From the NCBI RefSeq assembly GCF_021028975.2, contig NC_059438.1, positions 6,634,001 through 6,698,000 of the forward strand: DNA of 64,000 bases, given 5' to 3'. The position numbers and the translations under genes were made by a program. Numbering within the stretch: the stretch's first letter is position 1; every line of letters starts with the position of its first letter. The notes beneath the pieces were generated by a model. That model did not search any database, had not been told where the DNA came from, and saw only the letters and a list, made by a program, of their open reading frames with translations. This DNA comes from Sphaerodactylus townsendi (Eukaryota). Below are positions 14,345 through 26,040 of this stretch, in pieces.

Positions 14345-14638
14345 GAGGAGTAGTAGTAGTAGTTTTGGATTTATATTCCCCTTTCTCTCCTGTAAGAAGA
14401 CTCAAAGGGGCTTATAATCTCCTTTCCCTTCCCCCCACCCCCAACAAACACCCTGTTCAAAGCTCGGAAGAATTGTGACTAGCCCAACCAAGGTCACCCA
14501 GCTGGCGTGTGTTGGAGTGCAGAGGCTAATCAAGTTCCCCAGATAAGCCTCCACAGCTCAAGTGGCAGAGTGGGGAATCAAACCCGGTTCTCCAGAATAG
14601 AGTGCACCTGCTCTTAACCACTATGCCACTGCTGCTCT
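14345..14638 (-). mobile_element. Squam3-like SINE
   Basis: Full head, body and simple-repeat tail. Confidence 0.8.
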
Positions 14639-15585
14639 CAGGCAGACAATGACACAGCACCTCTGTTCACCTCTCACCCTGAAAATCCTAATGTGGGTTG
14701 CCATAAGATGCCTGTAACTTGATGGCACTTTCCATCATCACCAACGAAAGCTTTTCATGGAATCCTGGAAGTGTTGTTATCTACCAGAGCTGCCATTGCC
14801 TATACAGCACACACAGTTATTTGTGACCTGGCAGTCTTTGGTGAAGCTGAGCCAAGACTTATCTCTTTGGTAGAGAGAACCAAGATTTATCTCTTATCAT
14901 CACAGGCCCTGATGGAGACCAGGCAGAAAGTTGCTGTCTCAATCCCAGACGTTTCTCTGTCTGAGACCTTGAAAACTTGCTGCTAGTAAGAATATTTAGC
15001 CTATTTATTTAGCTCACCCTTATCTCCGCCTTTCTTCCAAGGAGGTCAGATCAGCCAAAGCCAAAACAACTGGCTGTTCAGATGCGTTGAAAAGCTATGT
15101 TCTATGTCTGCACAGTTTTGCAGGCTGTCTCAGTGCTTTGAGATGTATCAGGAAAAGCAGGAGGATTTCTTTCTTTAAAACACATTTATTGATTTTGATA
15201 TTTTATTACCAAAGAGGAAATGAAGAATATGGTTTAAGGCTACTGTGACAATTACTATTAGAGTTGAGGCCAATAGCACCTTAGAGGCCACAAGATTTTT
15301 GAATCAAAATTCCCTTCATCAGACAATTAATGTGAGGTTCTCCTAGATCTGAGTAGGGCACTCTAACCACTATACCTCATGATTACTGCTATGGTCTAAG
15401 CTTTGTTGTAACAGTAACAATGTTACTGTGAGTGATTTCCACTGAAATCCTCTTACAAATTCAACTTCATCTGCCCGCCCACCCCGGGCCACACAGACAC
15501 TTTTATCCTTTCTTGCAGGTAAATTGCAACATAGACAGTTACTTTTATCCCATATAATATATAGAGGTAAATTAAAGCACACTTA

Positions 15586-15953
15586 CAGTTTTCCCTTCCA
15601 CGTTGCTGGGGTTAGAGGCGCAGCATCTCCTGTGATCTGGAAATTCACGTAAAATTTCTTGACCCTTCGTACCTGAGAATAAGACTGGATTTTTTTATTT
15701 TTCTTTTCTTTTAACTTTAAAAAAGAAACTGTGTATATTTATAGTATTAAACGATAAAATATGTTGATATTATACAATACTATAATTTACGCATTTCTGG
15801 GTTTCTAATCTTTTTCTGTGTTGTCTGCTGGCCTTTACATGTCATCTAAAGCTTCCTCAAAACTCCCTCCAAAATTTGCATTTAATTTCTTATGCAGACC
15901 CCTGATATATCAAAACCACAATGGGGAATGTCGCAATGAGAAAGGGACGACTG
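15586..15953. mobile_element. Tigger/pogo-like MITE
   Basis: TA|cagttttcccttc ... gaaagggacgactg|TA: imperfect TIRs with TA TSD. Confidence 0.6.
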
Positions 15954-16012
15954 TATTTAGATGTTGTTCTGCCAGTTCAATCCTGCTGCCTTGTCTCTGC
16001 ACTTTTTGCATG

Positions 16013-16031
16013 TGGCCACCAGATGTCAGCC
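16013..16031 (+). promoter_or_regulatory. Candidate CTCF site
   Basis: tggCCACCAGATGTCAGCc is close to the CTCF core consensus; motif only. Confidence 0.35.
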
Positions 16032-16367
16032 TATGATGTGGAGTTTCATCCAGATACTAAAGTTGTCAGGAGTGGATTGCTATGAAACAGGTCATAAACA
16101 GCTTCCTTGACAAATCAGCACCTTATGCCTTGTAGGTGACGTCCCTTAAGGGACAAATACTGAAAAGGGATCCAAGAGGTGAAAACTGTATGAGTCTCAT
16201 AAGGGACCTGGGCAGCCCTGCAAGGTTGTGACTCAAGTCTTTTCTGCACTGCCCACCTTATTCCTGATTCTCTTGGCTGTTGATCCAGAAGCATTGAAAT
16301 CAGTTTGGGCACGGTTCTTCCAAAGATCTTCCCTCCCTCTGCGTTTTCATGGTTTGCTAAAATAATG

Positions 16368-17898
16368 AAGAAGAGGAGAAGAGTTTGGATTTATATCCCC
16401 CCCCCCCATTCTTTCCTCTAAGGAGACTCAAATGGGCTTACAATCTCCTCGCCCCCCTCCCCCAACACACACAACAAACACCCTGTGCAGTGAGTGAGGC
16501 CGAGAGAGCTCTGAAGAACTGTGACTAGCTCAAGTCATATTAAACAGATCAGCAAATATATACAGTCAACCCAATACTGAAAGATATGAGGCCAGCCAAG
16601 CCTAAAAAACAAGGACTGTATATACAGGGATACAAGGCAATGAGGTATAAGCAGTTAGTTTGAGTGTAATTTGAACAGATAATTTCCTATAAACCGTCTA
16701 TAAAGATTGTCTATGCAATGATATATTATGGTTATTTAACTGATAGAAAGGTAATAAACATGGCATATATAATGAGAGCATGTCATAAACATTGTCCATG
16801 AGGGTACAACAAAACCCGGCAACATTGGCAATATGCTCCACGTCAGTAGAAAGAGTCAGTATCTCCAAAAAATTCAATGAATCAAAGATATTGTTGAGTT
16901 GTGGTAGCTGATGCAGCAACAGCTCCAGCAAGTGATGAAGCAAACTACGGCGACAGCAGCCACATTCGCATAATCTTTCAAAAGTAGTTATTAAGGTCAT
17001 TTGAAATGTTAGGGGTAAAAGTTGGATTTCCCTTTAAATCTAGTAAGATTTGAAAGACTTGGTTGATTTTGCTGAGGTGTGGTCTCATGAGTAGAACGCT
17101 TTTAAGTTTCATTGATATATCTCAATTGAGTTTGAATTACATCGATTCGTGGTTTGGTAAGCACTGTGTACGATGTATGGCCAGGGATACATCCTAAACC
17201 TCCAAGTTTAAAATTTGAACTTGTCCTTTCCATGGTGAGTGTGCGAGAAGATAAATTTACTACTATGTTATTTTCTTGTGCCGTAAACTCGGGCGTAAAA
17301 AAGAAGGCGGGTTTCTTTGTCTGTCCCCTCGTCTATATTCCCTACGCTCTTTAGGATCACCACCTGTACTTCTAGTAAAGGTCGAGGAACTATAATTAGT
17401 TTCTTCCTCAGATGTCAGTGTTGGTCATCCCTTATTCGTGTCCCTCCTTCTGAGGAGGTATAATCATCTTTCCAGGTCACTGTTTTACATGGTTGTGGGA
17501 CCTTGCTTTCAAACTGCCACTTATAAATTTTATTTTGCTCATAGTCTTTTTGATCTCTTTTCATTTTTTTGTTTTTATATTCTACAATGTTATCTTTGAA
17601 AGATTTCGATTCAATGTCTATGAATGGTTTATGAAGTATCTGTTCAAATTACACTCAAACTAACTGCTTATACCTCATTGCCTTGTATCCCTATATATAC
17701 AGTCCTTGTTTTTTAGGCTCGGCTGGCCTCATATCTTTCAGTACTAGCTCAAGTCACCCAGTTGGCATGTGTTGGGAGTGCACGAGCTAATCTGGCTCAC
17801 CAGATAAGTCTCCACAGCTCAAGTGGCAGAGCAGGGAATCAAACCCAGTTCTCCAGATTAGAGTGCACCTGCTCTTCACCATGACATCACATTGGCTC
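16368..17898 (-). mobile_element. Squam3-like SINE split by the Penelope insertion
   Basis: Halves 16368-16537 and 17744-17898 rejoin at the TSD. Confidence 0.85.
16538..17743 (-). mobile_element. Penelope-like retroelement (Neptune-type), truncated and internally deleted, with inverted terminal repeat
   Basis: 13-bp TSD ctagctcaagtca (16525-16537 / 17744-17756) and ~120-bp inverted repeats (16575-16695 vs 17626-17743). The minus strand encodes KMKRDQKDYEQNKIYKW, then VVNLSSRTLT...ILNL..GLGCIP and FKGKSNF, which are PLE ORF1 and RT N-terminal motifs. Confidence 0.8.
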
Positions 17899-20800
17899 TT
17901 GAGGATTTTCAAGGAAGGGTACTGGTGTCATCGATGACATTGGTGCTGGTGTCACAGCACGCTCCTCTTTAAGAAATGGCACTAAAATATCAACATATTG
18001 GTATTCTGTTGTAACAATAGGCTTACCAGGTTCTCTGAAATCCAAGTTTTCATTTTTTTAAAAAAGAGGTAAGTCTCTAGCCTTATGGAGTTATGCTTTT
18101 TTCATTATATTGGTATTTATAGTGGCTTTAAAAACATTAAAAAACAAAACCAGTCATCTTCAGGGGCAAGGATAGGGGAGGTAGGGTTTTGATGATGGCA
18201 ATTGTCCCATTATTGAACAGTGGGCTGGAGATGGGTGCGAGTGGGTGGGACAAAGAAAATTGACAGAGACATTATGTACAAGAAAAAAGACAACACAAAA
18301 TCAGCTTCTAGAAGAAGATTAGGGTAAAAGTGGCCTCAAAATAACCAAGAAAAAAGCAGGGAAAAAATAAAAACTAAAGGCACAAAAATGTGCGTGGGGA
18401 TTGGGGATAAACCAAAACAGTATGGGGGCAGAACTAAAGGAAAAGCCCCATGAGGAAAAGTCCTCAGTGGGAAAGCACTTATTTTGCAAGTGGAAAGACT
18501 AAGGTTCCATCACCAGCATCTCCTGCTAAGGTATCTTCAGTAGAAGGTGCTGGTAGCACTTGGGTCTTCTCCATCCGAGAGTCCTAGAGAACTTAGTCAC
18601 ATGGTGAATATTGTTTATGCTGTAGTGGCAGAAGCTGTTTTTAAAAATCTGCACAGACAATTAGATTGCCGATGGCCTTTCAGAAGCCCTACTGCGCAAT
18701 AGCCCCACCTGGCCCCATTCATCTTCCGAAAATACTAGAACACCATGTTGGGGACCCCTGAGTTAGAATATCTGCTGCTGAGTAGGATGACCAATGAGCT
18801 GATTTGTTATAAGATGTGTACATTTGTTTGCGATTCTGAACAGAGAAGAGCAGCTGTCCCGCATTCTGTTTTGTAGTTTTCTGTGGGTGGAGGGCTCTGC
18901 CCTGCCTTCTGGTTGAACTTGGGAGAATTTCTAAAATTGTGTGGAACTGATGCATGCGCAGTTGACTGGGGTTTTTTGTGTGCGATGGACCAAGTGTTAA
19001 CCAGACTCACTGGGCTGCACTATTGTCTTGGATGACTGGATTGTGCATCCTTGACCCCAGAACACCTTAAGTCTCCCCTGTGGCTGTATGCTGGGGGACG
19101 ACGATGACGACGACAATAATGGTGGATGAACTTGGGGTTGCCAACTTTGGGTTTGGAAATTCCTGGAGATTTTGTGGCAGAGTCCGAGGAGGGCAGAATT
19201 TGGGGGAGGGGGAACCTCAACACAGTAGAATACTATAGATTTCGCCCCCCAAAGCAGCCATCTTCTCCATGGGAACTGATTTCTGTAGTCTAGAAGTTAG
19301 TTATTATTTAAGTAGATCACCAGGACTCACCAGGAAGTTCACAGCCCTAGATGAGGAGCTGTTTTCTGATGCTTGGCCACCTTCAATAGTAATAGCTGGA
19401 TACTTCTGACTGTACTTCCAAAATGGCCATGCTGCCCACTCACCATATAACTTAACTAGCTCAGAAACATTTCTAATAGGCCCCTTGGCCAGTGACCGGC
19501 CTGCCTTGGGGCTAGTATTCCCAGCCTCCAGACAGGGCTTCAAATTCTCCTAGAATTACAATAAATTTCCAGACCAGGTTTTCCAGACCGGATCAGTTTT
19601 CCCAGAGCAGGGATTCTGCAACCTTTACTATCCATTTTTGCCCCGCCCCCAACCTCCATCAAAAGAACCCTGACTGGAGCCACAAAATATGTTTGAGCCT
19701 TATAATGCACACAGCCTATTAAGTCTAAATTAGGGGAGGGAGCCTGTGGAGTGCCTCCTGCTGCTGTCTGGGTGTGGGTTCCCTCATCCCTACTCTCCTC
19801 CAAAGCTTAATTGTGGACCAGGAAGCATGGTCTTTGGCTACTGGCCCCTCTGCTCTATTAGAAGTCTCCACCTTTTCTAGTCTTTGCTCGCTCTCTCCCC
19901 CTCCCACTTTCTTCCCCTCAGATCTATTCTGTCCTTCACTTGCCTTCCCTCTCTTTCTCTTGCTTCCTCCCCCCATCTTGCTCTTCCTCATTTACCCTCA
20001 TTTTCCTCATTTACTTCCTCATTTACCCTGTTCCCTCTCTGGCCAATCCCAACCCCATCTCCTGATTCCTCTCAACTGACTCACTCCTGTCCCCTCCTTC
20101 CAAGTGATTCACTCTCCCTCACTCTGGCTCTCCCCTGGCTGTTATTTTCCAGCTCCTGACCATCCACTGGTAGCTAGAGAGATCATGCCCCCCTCGTGCT
20201 GCTGAGCCATGGGCCCCCTTGTGCTGGCTGGTAGCCAAGAGGGTGCAATGCAGCTTTTTCCCAGGCAATGCAGGTGACCTGTGAAGCAAGGAGGCCTCAT
20301 CAGGCCTTACATAACTGCTGCCTCCGATACAGCTCCTCAATTGGAGCAGCTCCTTGTAGACCGAGCTGCTGCTGGATGCTTAGAGATCTCGCCACAAGAC
20401 AGAAAATTGTATTCCATTTCTGTGCATTGCAGGGCTATGATAAACTGCTTATTTTATTTTTTTTACCACGTGGGAACTAATTATCTGGATTATTCTCATG
20501 CAGCTAACAGAACCCATCTCAAAAAGAAAGCTTTGCAAATTTCGTCCTTGGCTGGTATGATGCTGAAATCTTCCTGTGCTTAAAGATGTTGAATTGAGAG
20601 TTTTCTTTTACTTTGTATTCAATAAAGGTGTTTAAGACTTAAAAAAAGAGAGAGAGGTTGAATAGAAGGTGATGTTCCATAGAGAGTTGGTTCACCAAAA
20701 GTGCGGAGCTGGTGCCAGTTTTGGCCTGTCGAACTTCTGCCCCAGCGGACAGCATCTCTTATTCCTGCATTGTCTGTTCCAGTAAAAACACAACAAGAAG

Positions 20801-21179
20801 GCATAGCAGCAAAGACAGATTTTGCACAGAGAAGTCTTGCAGGAGGCGTAGGGTGAATGATGAGGCTCCGGTGAGAAAGCTATTTGGAACATACTGAGCA
20901 ACTCACAGGAAGCAAAACCACGAGAACCAGCAGGAGGGCTATAAAAGGGTCACGGAGAGCTGGCCCCATCTCCCAAATCTGTATTTTTAAAAAATACTAG
21001 AAACTGGAAAACCTCAAAACCAAAGCTGTACAAATAAGTGCAAACTGTTTCATCTTGCTTTGGAGTGTTGTCATTCTGCACATTGCATTCTGTTTTCAGT
21101 GTGGGCAGTGATGATTTGTTTATTTCTTGTACATGTTTTTTCTGCAGTTTTATATGCACGGTGTATGTGTGGTATACTT

Positions 21180-21380
21180 CCCTGACCTGGTTAGCCTAGG
21201 CAAGTCTGATCTCATCAGATTTCAGAATTAAGCAGAGTCGGCCCTGGGTAATATTGGGGGGAAAGGGGGAGAGACCACAAAGGAATACCAGGACCACTCC
21301 CCAGAGGCAGGCAAAAGCAAAACCACCTATGAATGTCTCTTGCTTTGAAAACCTTACAGGGTTGCCATAAGTTGGCTCAG
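21180..21380 (+). mobile_element. 5S rRNA-derived SINE
   Basis: ctgatctcatcagatttcagaattaagcagagtcggccctgg...ggaatacc plus the same tail. Confidence 0.7.
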
Positions 21381-21580
21381 ACCTATTGGGGGAGGGGAGG
21401 AGAAAAGAGTACGCAATTTATATGTATAATGCTGATTTGCAATGAGATCCTTAGCAGAGCTGCACTCTCCTAAACCCATGGATCTTGAAAACTCTGCTCT
21501 GAGTTGCACTATTGTAACCAAGGATGGTGGTCCCTCTATAAAAGAAACCCTCCTATATCAGATTAATGGTGCATCTAGTC

Positions 21581-21728
21581 CAGGGGTAGGGAACCTGCGG
21601 CTCTCCAGATGTTCAGGAACTACAATTCCTATCAGCCTCTGTCAGCATGGCCAATTGGCCATGCTGGTAGGGGCTGATGGGAATTGTAGTTCCTGAACAT
21701 CTGGAGAGCCGCAGGTTCCCTACCCCTG
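21581..21728. mobile_element. 148-bp palindromic hAT MITE
   Basis: Near-perfect hairpin centred on ggccaattggcc, TIR CAGGGGTAGGGAACC, perfect TSD atctagtc. Confidence 0.93.
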
Positions 21729-22282
21729 ATCTAGTCCAACAGTCTGGGTGGGGGGGTATGTAAATGGGTTTTATGATTATTTTACATGTTGATGTTTTTA
21801 GTGTTATTTTTTTCAGTTGTTTTTAATTTCATAAGCTGCCCTGAGACTTCTGTAGAAGGTGGGGTATAAATTCCAATAAATAAATAAAACGCTCTGTTTC
21901 AAAAAAGTGGCCATAACAGAGAAGGCCAAAGGTGGCCATAACAGAGAAGGCCAGAGAAGGCCCTCAGGCTGTCCTGCAGCATCTGACAATAACAGGTAGA
22001 ATACTTGTAAAGCTGTTGGTCCCATTCTGCTATCATATTTCTAATGCCCAGCTTGGCCTGAATGTGTGGATCAAAACATCCACACAATGAGGCTACTTAG
22101 GAACTGGGTAAATGTTTCTGCAAAATCCGAAACACCTAAAATTTGGTTGGCAATGTGTGTGCATGTGTAGGAGGGCTGCACTGAAAGCACATGATCTGCG
22201 TTTAGTGACAAGTCTCCTCCCTCTCCCCCAGTCAAACTGACTGGCCTCAGTCAGCTCCTTTCTTGTGGGTGAGTGTGTTTAG

Positions 22283-22596
22283 GAAGAAGAAGAGTTTGGA
22301 TTTATACCCTACCTTTCTCTTCTGTAAGGAGACTCAAGGTGGCTTGCAAGCTCCTTTCCTTTCCTCTCCCCACAACAGACACCTTGTGAGGTAGGAAGGG
22401 CTGAGAGAGTTCCGAAGAACTGTGATTAGCCCAAGGTCACCCAGCAGGAATGTAGGAATGCGGAAACACATCTGATTCACCAGATAAGCCTCTGCCACTC
22501 AGGTGGGGAATCAAATCAAATCTCCTTACAGGAGAGAAAGGTGGGATATAAATCCAAACTCCTCCTCCTCCTCCTCTTCTCCTTCTCCTTCTTCTC
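22283..22596 (-). mobile_element. Squam3-like SINE with inverted second 3' end
   Basis: Minus-strand copy to ~22515, then plus-strand tail tctccttacaggagagaaaggtgggatataaatccaaact(cct/ctt)n. Confidence 0.7.
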
Positions 22597-24025
22597 TCCC
22601 TTCCCTGCACAACCCCAAGGCAAACTGAGGTGGCATGAGCCTGCAGCGCCCTTTTATGGACTAAATGAAAAATCTGCTTTCAGTTTGAGTCAAAGCAGAT
22701 AATCTGAACTCAATGGTGATAGTTTGACTCAGTATCTTCCTATGTGCTGGGGTCTTTGCTGTTTTCTATGACACCCTTTGGATCCTGCACAGTTGGACTA
22801 GCCACAATCTGTCACTCATTAGCAAGCATTAGTAAGTCATCTGACATTTGGCTCCAAAAGGAATGGTGCCTTGACCTGCGGGAAGCCTTTAATTAGTTAA
22901 AACTCCTGGCTGAGTGTAAGAGCAGAGGGAAAATATTATTCTGAAGGGAGATGAAAAGTACCTTTCTCCATTACCTGCAGGGTTGCTGTGAGCAGACCTG
23001 ATCTTTTCCAGACCTTTTCTATATATTGAAAAGGCATCAGGTGCATTTTCTTTAGCTAGCCTGATACTTGCAAGGCACTGAAGGCAAGTTGTGTGCCCTG
23101 GTTTTGTAAGGCCATATGAGGAAACATTGACCAAATGAGAAAACTGTTTAAAATGAAGCTATCCTTACAGAAGGAGCAATGACAAAATATTGTGTGACTC
23201 TATATCACTCTTATACCAGTTTATTGGGGTTTTTGCTCACAACATCCCCTGGAATATAAAATGTTGAGGGTGCTTGGGACTTCTCTTTAAGTCCCCTAGC
23301 TTCCTGTGGCTGATCTAAGAGTTCTCCTGCAGGAGAACTTTAAAGGGAAAATCCAGTGGGAAATTGCTGAATTAGAATTCATTAACATTTTCAAGGCTAT
23401 TTACTTCACCCTGGTTTTAACAGGATCTGGGACTGCGATCATCTTACACATCTCACACCTTACACATACCAATTAGTACATCTGTATCTCTGTAACTTAA
23501 GTACCCACCATGCACTAGATTTTATGTTAATTTGGCTTTGCCTGTCTAAAATCCATTAGGGGGAGTCGGGGGACCCTTGCCCGTTCCGACTGGGTCATGT
23601 TTTGAAATGTGTTTATAACGTGTTCCTCTACCCCAAGCTTTACTATAAAATAATCCCTAGAAGGCTGAATACTCCATCGCCTCTGATGAAAGCTTGCAAA
23701 AGTGTCTGCTGTGATACATTTTAAGACTTTAAGGCACCACTGGACTCCTTGGAAGAGGGACTGAGCACGAAATGTGTTCATGGCGTAACCAGGAACTCTA
23801 GGAATGAAGTCACAATTGAGGAAGATGGCCCAACGATCTGGGTCAGCATCACGCTATATTCAGGCTTCCCAGGAGATCTCCTGGCAGGTAGTTTTCAGAG
23901 GGCCCAACTTGTTCGGCTTCAGTATCAAACTGGCATCATCTTCATGAGTTGTCAACGCCTCTGCTGGTTGATCATCTTAGGCCCCTGCAAATAGAGGGGT
24001 GAATTGGAAAAGAAAATGGACAAAT

Positions 24026-24802
24026 GTATTGTCAAAGGCTTTCACTGCTGGAATCAACTGGCTGTTGGAGGTTCTGGACTGTGTGGCCATGGTTTGGTTG
24101 TTTTCTTTCCTAACTTTGACCCTTTCCACACAAATCATCTGAAACATTTGTGAAATGTTTTAAACCCCCCACCACCACCAGGACGATGTTTGTCCACACT
24201 CACTCCCTCAAAAGAATTCATGGCCACCATTAGGTGTTCCCCCTCCCTTTTTGGGGGTTATTTGTTGAAATGATGCTTCAGTGCTTCTTCTAGCTTTTGT
24301 AATTGACACTTTGAAGATTTTACCCCCCAAAAACAAACAGAAGTGATGAAAACAAACAGGCGAGGGGAGAACAGAATAAGCTCAGTGATGTGATAAAATG
24401 GCACCATGAAGAAAATTTGGAGATGGCACAGAGGCATGGAAAATGTAGTAAATAGATCATATAGTAAGTGAAGACGTTTTGAAAAACGTTTCAGGGCAAA
24501 GAATCATTTTAAAGGGGATTCATTTAAAATGTTTTGAGGCTGGAAATAAAACATTTTTGGAACAGTGTGTGTGTGGGGGGGGGGATGGAAGGAATGGAGG
24601 AAACATCTCATTTCCTGCCTCAAAATGTTTTAAAAGGTTTGTGCAGAAGGGGACTTTCGCCTGCATCTATGGCTGGCACCTTCAGAGACCTGCCATGGAA
24701 AGAAACACATCTTACTGTGACAGGCCTCTGAAAATGCCAGCCATTGACGTGGGCAAAATGTTCAGAACAAAAACTACCAGACCATGGTCACACAACCTAG
24801 AA
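24026..24802. mobile_element. Older palindromic Penelope-like copy interrupted by a Harbinger-like MITE (~24120-24652)
   Basis: Same gtattgtcaaaggctttcac start and tgccagcca/ctgaa core as 24878-25096. The insert has ends ccctttccacacaaa / tttgtgcagaagggg. Confidence 0.55.
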
Positions 24803-24877
24803 ATCAAAATTGACACATTTTATTGCATATATAATTAAATATTTTCTTGATGAACATATGCTAATCAATACTGCATT

Positions 24878-25096
24878 GTATTGTCGAAGGCTTTCACGGC
24901 CGGAATCACTTGGGTGCTGTGTGGTTTCCGGGCTGTATGGCCGTGTTCTAGCAGCATTCTCTCCTGACGTTTTACCTGCATCTGTGGCTGGCATCTTCAG
25001 AGGATCCTCTGAAGATGCCAGCCACAGATGCAGGCAAAACGTCAGGAGAGAATGCTGCTAGAACACGGCCATACAGCCCGGAAACCACACAGCACC
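24878..25096. mobile_element. Palindromic Penelope-like pLTR element with hammerhead-ribozyme-derived core
   Basis: 95-bp inverted arms 24910-25004 / 25005-25099, CTGAAGA...(G>A)AAAC-GTC core, and flanking direct repeat caatactgcatt (24866-24877 / 25097-25108). Confidence 0.8.
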
Positions 25097-25250
25097 CAAT
25101 ACTGCATTCTTGCTGAAGGAAATGCATTTTAGGAGAATGAATGGGATTGGCAATCTTTCCCCAATACAAAAATAATTTGGGGGATATCATGATAAAGAAT
25201 TCAGGGTCACCCAGTTAGGGAGTACATCTTCACAAACTGTGTTGTTAATT

Positions 25251-25436
25251 TGTGTGTGTGTGTGGGTGGGTGGGTGGGTGGGTGTGGGTGTGTATATAAA
25301 ATGTGTATAGATGTGTATAGATCTACACATATGAGTTTATATATATGTATGTGTACATATAGAGAGATAGATTTAGATACACACATATATGTATGCGTGT
25401 GTATATATTTATAAATGTGTGCGTGAATATATATAA
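25251..25436. repeat. Compound (TG)n/(GGGT)n/(TA)n microsatellite upstream of NECAB2 CpG island
   Basis: Read directly. Confidence 0.9.
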
Positions 25437-25751
25437 AATCAAACTTGACAAAGAGATGAGGGGGGCCAAGATTTTTGCTCCCCCCCCCTTCTCTTCCTCA
25501 AAGTCCCACTGTATGCTCCTCGGATTCTGAGACCTGCCTACTTCTCCCTGGTCCGGTGCGCTGCAGCGCCCCAGCCAGCCCCCAATTCCTGCCGGCTTTC
25601 CGCCCCCTTTTCTCCTTCTCCCCCCGCGCCCCAGCTCCAGTTCCAGCTCCAGGGCGGGCGCGTGGCAGGCAGGCAGGCAGGCGGCGGGGGCTGGGGTTGG
25701 GGTTGGGTTGGGTTGGGGGCTGGGGCCGGGAGCCTGTGCCGCCGCGGGGCT

Positions 25752-25775
25752 GCCGCCGCCGCCGCCGCCGCCGCC
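25752..25775 (+). repeat. (GCC)8 trinucleotide repeat in NECAB2 leader
   Basis: Eight consecutive GCC units read directly. Confidence 0.9.
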
Positions 25776-25805
25776 CGGGTGGGAGGGAATACCCCCGGCT
25801 CCAGC

Positions 25806-25832
25806 ATGAAGGCGCTCGTAAAAGATGTGTGA
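25806..25832 (+). promoter_or_regulatory. Overlapping out-of-frame uORF (MKALVKDV*) spanning the NECAB2 start codon
   Basis: cagcATG AAG GCG CTC GTA AAA GAT GTG TGA. A at -3; the stop lies downstream of the main ATG at 25825. Confidence 0.6.
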
Positions 25833-26040
25833 GCAAGCGGCGCGCTACTGCCGGGAGAGCGTCCACAGGCTCCTCCGCAAACAGCAGCCGCAGATCGGCG
25901 GGCTGGACGGGCTGCTCCGCTGGATCGTCACCAAGATGAGCGACCAGACCAGCCTCCCCGACCGGGAACTCCTGCAGGAGGCCGCCGGACACGCCGCCTG
26001 CGCCCCCGAGCAGCGGAAAGGCGCCTCCGTGATCCTGGAT
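25825..26040 (+). CDS. NECAB2: NECAB2 coding exon 1 (N-terminal EF-hand calcium-binding protein 2)
   Basis: Translates MCEQAARYCRESVHRLLRKQ...GGLDGLLRWIVTKM...GASVILD, matching the human NECAB2 N-terminus as recalled (MCERAARLCRAGAHRLLR...GGLLRW...GGTAVILD). Ends at a phase-0 donor GAT|gtgagt (26041) and lies in a CpG island. Confidence 0.95.

Noticed and set aside
20735-20760. REST/RE1 site (ttctgccccagcggacagca)
   Set aside because: Left half mismatched and spacing wrong.
21581-21728. pre-miRNA or CRISPR-like repeat
   Set aside because: Hairpin has TIRs and an 8-bp TSD (MITE); eukaryotic DNA with no repeat-spacer array.
1-25000. OSGIN1 exons expected upstream by synteny
   Set aside because: No ORF resembling OSGIN1 seen; the region is mostly TEs.
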